A DNA stretch of 32,000 nt from contig JBCDKM010000007.1 of assembly GCA_038746605.1 (NCBI GenBank), positions 11,761 to 43,760 on the forward strand. Direction: 5' to 3'. The notes under the pieces were generated by a model. That model saw only the letters and a list, made by a program, of their open reading frames with translations. It was not told the origin of the DNA and searched no databases. The stretch comes from Bacteroidota bacterium (GTDB lineage: Bacteria; Bacteroidota; Rhodothermia; Rhodothermales; Rubricoccaceae). The translations under genes and the position numbers were made by a program. Of the stretch, positions 25,694 through 32,000 are shown piece by piece. Position 1 is the stretch's first letter. Every line of letters starts with the position of its first letter.

Positions 25694-26845
25694 ATGACCG
25701 CCCGTCGCCTCGCCCTGCTCGGCCCGTTCGCGCCCTATCGCGGCGGCATCGCCCACTTCCACGACGCCCTCGCGGACGGGCTGGAAGCGCGCGGGCACAG
25801 GGTCCTCCGGCTGTCCTTCGCGAGGCAGTACCCGGCGTTTCTCTTCCCCGGCACGAGCCAGTTCGAGCCTGGCGTCTCCCGCCTCGGTGCCGAGGCGGAG
25901 GGACCCGCCCGCGTGCTCGATCCGCTGAACCCGCTCGCGTGGCGCCGCGCCGCGCGCGAGGTCCGCCGGTTCCGAGCAGACGCGATGGTCTTCCCGTACT
26001 GGATGTCCTTCTTCGCGCCGATGTGGGGAGGCCTCGCGCGAAGCCTGTCGCCGCAGATCCCGTCTATCGCGCTGGTACACAACGCCATCGGGCACGAGCC
26101 GAGGCCGGGGGAGCGTGCCCTCGCGCGGTACGCGCTTCGCCCCGCTGCCGGACTGCTCGCGCTCTCCGACCGCGTGCGTCAGGACCTCGGGGGGCTTGGC
26201 CTGGGCGACCTCCCGCTCCGGCAGGTAGCCCACCCAGCGTACCGCCAGTTCGGCGAGGCGCTCCCGCGAGGCGAGGCCCGCTCTACGCTAGGCCTCCCGG
26301 GAGACGCGCCGGTGCTCCTCTTCTTCGGGTTCATCCGCGCGTACAAGGGCCTGGCCGCTCTGCTGGACGCGATGCCGGTCATCCGCGAGGCGTTGCCCGG
26401 CGCGCGGCTGATCGTGGCCGGAGAGTTCTACGACGATGAGGCGCCCTACCGCGAGCAGATCGCTCGCCTCGGCCTCGGCGAGGCCGTGACCATCGAGGAC
26501 GGGTACGCGCCCTCGGAGCGGGTTCGGCTGCTCTTCTCCGCCGCGGATCTCGTCGTGCAGCCTTATGTCTCCGCCACGCAGAGTGGCGTCGCGCAGGTGG
26601 CGTTCGGTCTCGGACGCCCCGTGCTCACGACCGACGTGGGCGGGCTGGCCGAGGCAGTCGGAGAGGGCGGGCTGGTCGTGCCGCCGAGTGATCCGCAAGC
26701 TCTCGCGAGAGAGGCTGTTCGCTTTTTCCAGGAGCCCGGCCTGCTCGACCGTCTCACGCAGGGCGCGCGTCAGCGTGGCGAGGCCGGGGACTGGACGCTG
26801 GTGGTGGACGCCGTGGAGGCGCTAGCCGCACAGGCCTACCCGTAG
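25694..26845 (+). CDS. Family 4 (GT-B) glycosyltransferase
   Basis: From ATG 25694: MTARRLALLGPFAPYRGGIAHF. The C-terminal half has LLFFGFIRAYKG, AGEFYDDE and VQPYVSATQSGV (E-x7-E-like region). The ORF upstream of 25694 is antisense to the barrel gene. Confidence 0.75.
   Translation: MTARRLALLGPFAPYRGGIAHFHDALADGLEARGHRVLRLSFARQYPAFLFPGTSQFEPGVSRLGAEAEGPARVLDPLNPLAWRRAAREVRRFRADAMVFPYWMSFFAPMWGGLARSLSPQIPSIALVHNAIGHEPRPGERALARYALRPAAGLLALSDRVRQDLGGLGLGDLPLRQVAHPAYRQFGEALPRGEARSTLGLPGDAPVLLFFGFIRAYKGLAALLDAMPVIREALPGARLIVAGEFYDDEAPYREQIARLGLGEAVTIEDGYAPSERVRLLFSAADLVVQPYVSATQSGVAQVAFGLGRPVLTTDVGGLAEAVGEGGLVVPPSDPQALAREAVRFFQEPGLLDRLTQGARQRGEAGDWTLVVDAVEALAAQAYP
25879..25898. repeat. CCGCCTCGG palindromic element, short-loop copy embedded in-frame in the GT4 gene
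   Basis: ccgcctcgg-tg-ccgaggcgg, read as VSRLGAEAEG about 62 codons into the GT4 CDS. Confidence 0.85.
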
Positions 26846-26851
26846 CTCCAT

Positions 26852-26871
26852 CCGCCTCGGTACCGAGGCGG
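26852..26871. repeat. CCGCCTCGG palindromic element, short-loop copy, terminator-like after the GT4 gene
   Basis: ccgcctcgg-ta-ccgaggcgg, 7 nt past the GT4 stop. Confidence 0.85.
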
Positions 26872-26931
26872 GCGCACCGGGCAGGCGACACGCGCTCGTC
26901 GTTTCTTCCGCGCGACTCGCCCCCACCCCCA

Positions 26932-28650
26932 ATGCGCCCGCTCGCCTTCGCCTTCGCCCTCGCGCTCTTCGCCGCACCCGCCCTCGCGCTCTTCGCCGCA
27001 CCCGCCCTCGCCCAGCCGCTCGGCCTCCCGGACGGCCCCCCGTACGTCCTCACCGGCGCGACGATCTACACCGTGGACCGCGCCAACCCCACCGCCGAAG
27101 CGTTGGCCGTGGGCGCGATGGGGGAGGTGGTCGCCGTCGGCACCGAGGCGGACGTGCTTGCGGCCTACCCGGACTGGCCCCGCGCCTCCGCCGAGGGTCG
27201 CGCCGTCATCCCGGGCTTGATCGACGCGCACGGGCATCTGATGGGTTTCGGTGAGACTCTCCTCCAGGCCGACCTCGTCGAGGCAGCATCCATCGAAGAG
27301 ATCGTCGAGCGTCTCCGCCAGTTCGCCGATGGGTTGCCCGAAGGCGCGTGGCTCGTCGGGCGCGGCTGGGACCAGAACGACTGGCCCGCGCAGCCCGATG
27401 GCTCGCACCCGTTCCCTACCCGCGCCGACCTCGACTCGGCCTTCCCGAACCGCCCCGTCGCGCTGACTCGCATCGACGGGCACGCGCTCTGGGCGAATAC
27501 TGCCGCGATGGTCGCCGCCGGTCTGGACCCCGAGACCCCTGCCCCCGCCGATCCGGAGGACGGACAGTTCCTCCGCGATGACCGAGGCCGCCCGACAGGC
27601 GTCTTCGTGGATGCGGCCGAACTCGTCGTCACGGACGCTATCCCGACGCTCTCTGCCGAGACCCGTGCAGAGGCGCTGACCCGCGCCCTCGCGGAGACCG
27701 CGCGGCACGGCCTCACGGGCGTCCACGAGGCGGGGATCCCGATAGCGCTTCTTCCGCTCTACGAGCGGCTCATCACTGAAGGCCGCTTCCCGATCCGCAA
27801 CTACGCGATGCTGAGCATGGACCAACTCGGCACGTTTTGCAAAGCCTACCCCGAGGGTTACGAGGGCAACGCCCGCCTCCGGGTGCAGTCGCTCAAAGTC
27901 TACTCCGATGGTGCGCTCGGGAGCCGGGGCGCCGCGCTCCTCGCGGACTACTCCGACGATCCCGGCAATACGGGCCTCCTGTTCCAGAACACGGAGACGC
28001 TGACGCGGACCGTCACACAGGCGATGAACTGTGGGCTCCAGGTCAACTCCCACGCCATCGGCGACCGGGGCAACCGCGCCGTCTTGGACGCCTACGAGGC
28101 CGCGATGGAAACCACGGGCGGCGGTCTGGGGCGGCACCGCATCGAGCACGCGCAGGTAATGTCCCTGCCCGACATCGAGCGGATGGCACGCCTCGGCATC
28201 ATCGCGAGCGTGCAGCCGACCCACGCGACGAGCGACATGCCGTGGGCCGAGATGCGCGTCGGGCCGGAGCGGATCAAGGGCGCGTACGCGTGGCGGCGGA
28301 TCGTGGACGCGGGGGCCCGCATCGCGCTCGGCTCAGACTTCCCGGTGGAGCGCGTCGCGCCGCTGCTCGGTTTCCACGCCGCCGTGACACGTCAGGACGC
28401 GGAGATGAATCCCGCAGGCGGCTGGTACGGCAATCAGGTGCTCTCGCGCGAGGAGGCCCTGCGCGGCTTCACGCTCGACGCGGCCTACGCCGGGTTCATG
28501 GAAGACGAGGTCGGCAGTCTGGAGCCGGGCAAGCGGGCGGACTTCGTGATTCTCTCCCAGGACCTGATGCGTGTTCCGCCGGAAGAGATCCTTGCCACGG
28601 AGGTTCTCGCGACCGTCATCGACGGAACGCCCGTCTTCGTCGCGGAATGA
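26932..28650 (+). CDS. Secreted metal-dependent amidohydrolase (Amidohydro_3 / YtcJ-like)
   Basis: Has a signal peptide, then VIPGLIDAHGHL (the HxH metal motif), NSHAIGDRG, RIEHAQV and ALGSDFPVE. Confidence 0.8.
   Translation: MRPLAFAFALALFAAPALALFAAPALAQPLGLPDGPPYVLTGATIYTVDRANPTAEALAVGAMGEVVAVGTEADVLAAYPDWPRASAEGRAVIPGLIDAHGHLMGFGETLLQADLVEAASIEEIVERLRQFADGLPEGAWLVGRGWDQNDWPAQPDGSHPFPTRADLDSAFPNRPVALTRIDGHALWANTAAMVAAGLDPETPAPADPEDGQFLRDDRGRPTGVFVDAAELVVTDAIPTLSAETRAEALTRALAETARHGLTGVHEAGIPIALLPLYERLITEGRFPIRNYAMLSMDQLGTFCKAYPEGYEGNARLRVQSLKVYSDGALGSRGAALLADYSDDPGNTGLLFQNTETLTRTVTQAMNCGLQVNSHAIGDRGNRAVLDAYEAAMETTGGGLGRHRIEHAQVMSLPDIERMARLGIIASVQPTHATSDMPWAEMRVGPERIKGAYAWRRIVDAGARIALGSDFPVERVAPLLGFHAAVTRQDAEMNPAGGWYGNQVLSREEALRGFTLDAAYAGFMEDEVGSLEPGKRADFVILSQDLMRVPPEEILATEVLATVIDGTPVFVAE
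26957..27004 (+). repeat. Perfect 24-bp tandem duplication inside the amidohydrolase signal-peptide coding region
   Basis: ccctcgcgctcttcgccgcacccg occurs twice back to back (26957-26980 and 26981-27004), giving ALALFAAPALALFAAPALAQ. Confidence 0.9.
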
Positions 28651-29054
28651 CGCGCGAGGACATCCGCCGAAGCCGGTTCCTCTCGCTGGTCCTCCGCCAC
28701 CGCCCCGAGGCGGCTGGACTTGTGCTCGATGCGGAGGGCTGGGCTGAGGTCTCAGCGCTTCTACGCGGCGCGACGCAGCGCGGGGTGGATCTCTCACCTG
28801 GGGACGTGGTGAGGGTGGTGCAGGACAACGACAAGCAGCGATTCGAACTCAGCCCGGACGGCGCTCGCATCCGTGCGAGGCAGGGGCACTCCGTCCCCGT
28901 CGACCTCGGCCTAGCGCCACGCATCCCGCCGGACGTTCTCTTCCACGGGACGGTCGCCCGTGTGCTGCCCGCGATCCGCCGCGAAGGTCTCCGCCCGATG
29001 CAGCGTCACCACGTTCATCTCTCGCCCGACCGCGAGACGGCGGAGCGCCGGTAG
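28647..29054 (+). CDS. kptA: RNA 2'-phosphotransferase (Tpt1/KptA family), C-terminally truncated relative to E. coli KptA
   Basis: SRFLSLVLRHRPEAAGLVLDAEGWA, KQRFELSPDGARIRARQGHS, LFHGT and QRHHVHLSPDRETAERR* are present. The ORF stops about 45 residues before where E. coli KptA ends (from memory). The ATG overlaps the amidohydrolase stop as ATGA. Confidence 0.7.
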   Translation: MTREDIRRSRFLSLVLRHRPEAAGLVLDAEGWAEVSALLRGATQRGVDLSPGDVVRVVQDNDKQRFELSPDGARIRARQGHSVPVDLGLAPRIPPDVLFHGTVARVLPAIRREGLRPMQRHHVHLSPDRETAERR

Positions 29055-29059
29055 ACCTG

Positions 29060-29094
29060 CCCGCCTCGGCACATCCGCGAGCGTCCCGAGGCAG
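29060..29094. repeat. CCGCCTCGG palindromic element, long-loop copy with an imperfect right arm
   Basis: ccgcctcgg-cacatccgcgagcgtc-ccgaggcAgg begins 6 nt past the kptA stop. Confidence 0.7.
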
Positions 29095-29143
29095 GAAGGG
29101 TGAAGATGGAACGGCCGGTATCGAACCGAGTCCCGGAAACGAA

Positions 29144-29181
29144 ACGAGCCCGCACGCTCCGGGCATGGCGTGCGGGCTCGT
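29144..29181 (-). terminator. Strong hairpin with a U-rich trail on the minus strand
   Basis: The arms acgagcccgcacgc and gcgtgcgggctcgt form a 14-bp perfect stem with a 10-nt loop. On the minus strand it is followed by ttcgtttcc. There is no T-run on the plus strand. Confidence 0.5.
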
Positions 29182-29291
29182 GCGAGGTCCCCGTTGCCGG
29201 GGTGGCCTCGCGAGGCGGTGGTGGTGGTGCACCGCCTCCCGAGGACAGACGACGAGCGCGGAGGTGACGCGCTCGCCGCCCGGCGGGGGCC

Positions 29292-29543
29292 TCAGTCTGG
29301 GGTGCGGGTGCCAGCAGCCTCCGCGGCGCTCTCCGATACCTTCCCCGGTACCACGTAGTGATGGAGAGCGCCGCGGGGCTGGTCCGGCGAACGCGTGTGA
29401 ACGCGCTCAGGAATCGGGGCACCTGCGGAAGTAAAGAGCAATCGGTCAGTCTCGTCAGTATTGCTGGATGGAGCGGCCAGCCCAGCGAGCGCCACCCCAA
29501 CGATGAGGGCGATGAGCCAGCGGGGGAGGAGGTCACGGGTCAC
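29292..29543 (-). CDS. Questionable small membrane-anchored protein (83 aa)
   Basis: GTG start and an N-terminal TM helix WLIALIVGVALAGLAA. However, third-position GC is only about 71% by hand count, and a 14-bp inverted repeat (29321-29334 / 29363-29376) lies inside it. Confidence 0.25.
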   Translation of the reverse strand: MTRDLLPRWLIALIVGVALAGLAAPSSNTDETDRLLFTSAGAPIPERVHTRSPDQPRGALHHYVVPGKVSESAAEAAGTRTPD

Positions 29544-29798
29544 AGCAAGACGTGGTGTCGAGGACCGCTGGGAACATCGGGGCTCGCATGCGCTGCACTC
29601 ATGGGGAAGCGCTTCGGAGTGGCTGATGAAAACGTGAGGACGGCCGTACGAGCCGGAACGGGCGGTTTCCCTTTGAGGTCGAAACTGGCCTCAGCCCCCA
29701 AGCAGGTCTATCCTGCCGTTCACAGCGACTGGGTGAGGCGCTCCTGAGGTGGGGTGCCCTGCCCCGCCTCCCTGGCGGTCGCGTGGCGAACTCTCTCC

Positions 29799-31985
29799 AT
29801 GGAACCGGCGATCGATCCTCTCACGTCCGGCCCTGCGCTCCCCACCCGTCTCCGTGTCGGTGACTGGCAGGTAGAGCCAATGGCAAACCGCCTGCAGCGG
29901 GGGGATGAGGTACGCCGTGTTGAGCCGAAAGTGATGGAGGTACTCGTGTGCATGGCGCGGCGCCCCGGCGAGACCGTCTCACGCGACGAGTTCATGGCCG
30001 ACGTTTGGGCGGGAACGATCGTTACAGACGACGTTCTCGCGCGGTGCATCTCCGAACTTCGGAAGGCTCTCGGCGATAGCGCCCGGTCGCCCGAGTACGT
30101 CGAGACCATCCGCAAGCGGGGATATCGGCTGATCGCCCCTGTGCGTATCTCAGAGGGGCCCACGCAGACGGCGTTTGTCGCCCGGCCTGCGGCATCATCG
30201 ACGCACGAGGTCCGCCGCGACCAGCTTCGGCAGCGCAAGCGTGCAGGAACTCTCCGGTGGATCGGCGTCGGGTTGGTGCTGCTTCTCGCCGGGGGCGCGT
30301 TTGCGGTTTATCAGTTCCTTGCGGGCGGCGTGCAGCCTCTCGCCTCCGTTCCGGTCACGAGCCTACCTGGTGTGGAGCGAGACCCCGCCCTCTCACCCGA
30401 CGGCGAGATGGTCGCGTTCGCCTGGAATGGCGGCGACGGCGAACGCTTCGATGTGTACGTCCAGCCTGCATCCCTTGACGCGTCTGGCGAGGCGCTCCCA
30501 CTCACAGGAGGTGACGCGGATTACCACAGCCCCGCTTGGCATCCAGACGGCGAGCGGATCGCCTTCGCGCAGTGCCGACCCGAGGGATGCGATCTCTACA
30601 CAGCCGCCGCTGATGGGTCCGATGAGCCCTCGCTCCTGGCGACCTTGGACCGGTTCCAAGTCCGCCACCTCGTCTGGAGCCCGGACGGTACGCAGCTAGC
30701 CTTCGCGGGGCGCCGAGGCGGCTCTGGTGCCTTCGGTCTCCATCTCGTCCCGCTCGACGGGGGTGCGGCGCAACGACTCACCGCACCTCCCGCCACCTAT
30801 CCCGGCGACCTCCACCCCGCCTTCAGCCCCGACGGTGCCCGCCTCGCGTTCGTCCGCACCCGCCTGGATGGGCAGCAAGACGTCTGCACCGTTCCGGTAG
30901 AGGGGGGAACGGTCTCGCTTCATGTCCTGGAGCAGAAGGGCGTGACGGGCCTGGACTGGAGCACGAACGGCAGCGAGATCGTCTACGCGGCCAACCGCGA
31001 GGGAACGGCGGGTCTGTGGCGAGTGGACCTACAGGGGAGCGATCCGCGCTGGGTCGCCCTCGGGACGGACATCGGCGAGGTCTCCGAGCCGTCTATCGCG
31101 GATGGCGCACGGGGGCTTGCCTTCGCGCAGCGGCTCTCTCGCACTCAGATCGTCGGCGTCTACCGCGATGGGCAGCCCGAGCCTGTCATCTCCTCCACCC
31201 GCGAGGACACTCAGCCCCACGTCTCCCCCGATGGGGAGCGCATCGCGTTCGTCTCCACGCGCTCCGGCGCCCACGAAGTCTGGATCGCGGACCGCAACGG
31301 ACAGCAGCCGCGCCCAGCGACCAGCTTCGGCGGCCCTCGCGTGAGCACTCCGCGATGGAGTCCCGACGGTGAGCGCATCGTCCTCGCTGCGAGAACGAGC
31401 GACACCGGTGCTAACCTCTTTGTTATCGAACCCAGCGGTGAGGTGCGTCCACTGACCGACGCTCCCGGTGACGAGGTGGCGCCCTCCTGGAGCCGCGACG
31501 GCGAGTGGATCTACTTCGCGTCGCCTCGCGCTCGCAACGGCATGTGGCAGATCTACCGGATGCCTGCTGCGGGTGGCGATGCTCAGGTTATCACGCGCTA
31601 CGGCGGCGTCGCTGCGATGGAAGCGTCGGACGGGGCTCTCCTCGTCGTCCGTCCCGATCTCAAGGGGCTGTACCGCCTTCCGCCCGGGCCCGACGGCCTC
31701 GCGCGAGACAACGGCGTGACCCGCCTCCGTGCCGGTCTCGCGCCAGCCGACTGGGCCAACTGGATGGTGGACGGTGCGTGGGTCTATGTCTTGGAGCGCC
31801 GCGTGGATGGGACGGCGCTCATCGTGCGCGTCGAGACGGGGCGCAACGAGCGCGAGACGCTCGCGACGCTCTCCAACATCCCGGATCAGCCTGGACTGGC
31901 GGTCATCCCCGGTGGCGAGCGTGTCTTCGTGACGCAGGTGGAGCGCGGCGATAGCGACATCGCCTTCGTCCCAGACTTCCAGTAG
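29799..31985 (+). CDS. OmpR/CadC-type winged-helix DNA-binding domain + TM helix + TolB-like beta-propeller (PD40 repeats)
   Basis: WQVEPMANRLQRGDEVRRVEPKVMEVLVCMARRPGETVSRDEFMADVW...VETIRKRGYRL is a trans_reg_C wHTH. The TM helix is WIGVGLVLLLAGGAFAVYQF. PD40-type units recur: PALSPDGEMVAFA, PAWHPDGERIAFA, LVWSPDGTQLAFA, PAFSPDGARLAFV, PHVSPDGERIAFV, PRWSPDGERIVLA and PSWSRDGEWIYFA. Start taken at ATG 29799 (ORF from 29754). Confidence 0.75.
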   Translation: MEPAIDPLTSGPALPTRLRVGDWQVEPMANRLQRGDEVRRVEPKVMEVLVCMARRPGETVSRDEFMADVWAGTIVTDDVLARCISELRKALGDSARSPEYVETIRKRGYRLIAPVRISEGPTQTAFVARPAASSTHEVRRDQLRQRKRAGTLRWIGVGLVLLLAGGAFAVYQFLAGGVQPLASVPVTSLPGVERDPALSPDGEMVAFAWNGGDGERFDVYVQPASLDASGEALPLTGGDADYHSPAWHPDGERIAFAQCRPEGCDLYTAAADGSDEPSLLATLDRFQVRHLVWSPDGTQLAFAGRRGGSGAFGLHLVPLDGGAAQRLTAPPATYPGDLHPAFSPDGARLAFVRTRLDGQQDVCTVPVEGGTVSLHVLEQKGVTGLDWSTNGSEIVYAANREGTAGLWRVDLQGSDPRWVALGTDIGEVSEPSIADGARGLAFAQRLSRTQIVGVYRDGQPEPVISSTREDTQPHVSPDGERIAFVSTRSGAHEVWIADRNGQQPRPATSFGGPRVSTPRWSPDGERIVLAARTSDTGANLFVIEPSGEVRPLTDAPGDEVAPSWSRDGEWIYFASPRARNGMWQIYRMPAAGGDAQVITRYGGVAAMEASDGALLVVRPDLKGLYRLPPGPDGLARDNGVTRLRAGLAPADWANWMVDGAWVYVLERRVDGTALIVRVETGRNERETLATLSNIPDQPGLAVIPGGERVFVTQVERGDSDIAFVPDFQ

Positions 31986-32000
31986 GCCCCAGCGACCGAT

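Noticed and set aside
29117-29127. A T-loop-like GGTTCGATACC on the minus strand, suggesting a tRNA 3' half.
   Set aside because: The flanks form only an extended hairpin (GGGAC-UCGG...CCGG-CC-GUUCC). There is no acceptor stem partner, D-arm or anticodon arm within 90 nt.
29678-29698. A tmRNA-like 5' end on the minus strand. GGGGCTGAGGCCAGTTTCGAC resembles the GGGGCUGA...G(A/U)UUCGAC start of ssrA, and it lies in a 700-bp gene-poor region.
   Set aside because: I could not find the matching 3' end. The only CAGCCCC (plus 29375-29381) is not preceded by a foldable T-arm and has no CCA. No reading frame ends in a typical hydrophobic degradation tag (...ALAA*). An Infernal scan with the tmRNA models would settle it.

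Overview
This is a 32-kb chromosomal window from a high-GC bacterium. HmuY, TonB-dependent receptors with carboxypeptidase-regulatory-like N-termini and PorV/PorQ-like barrels suggest Bacteroidota/Rhodothermota, but that placement is inference only. I support about 27 protein genes and found no rRNA, tRNA, CRISPR array, integrase or transposase. Left to right: a heme block (hemS 3' part, hmuY, TonB receptor, MerR-type regulator); glpQ; a TonB receptor-lipoprotein-GT2 operon; an SGNH-like/MBOAT acyltransferase pair; a 4.5-kb accessory-looking block; gyrB; a Uma2 nuclease; GT2 and GT4 glycosyltransferases flanking two tandem outer-membrane barrel paralogues; a secreted amidohydrolase coupled to a truncated kptA; a 700-bp hairpin-rich non-coding stretch; and a wHTH-TM-TolB-propeller protein. 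The most interesting region is 14.8-19.35 kb. It holds a TIR-like/STING fusion protein with no CD-NTase in view. Next come a frameshifted TIR/DUF4062-like + TPR gene, translationally coupled to a 794-aa membrane protein with two Rossmann domains and a RyR domain, and a convergent stand-alone RyR-domain protein. I know of no described system with this combination. A second window-wide signal is a short palindromic element, CCGCCTCGG-N2-CCGAGGCGG, plus a 16-nt-loop variant. There are at least 13 copies, mostly at gene ends, but four lie inside ORFs and all four are read as RLG(A/T/G)EA. All family assignments are motif recognition by eye and no searches were run. The ORF track counts GTG as a start, so several starts are uncertain.
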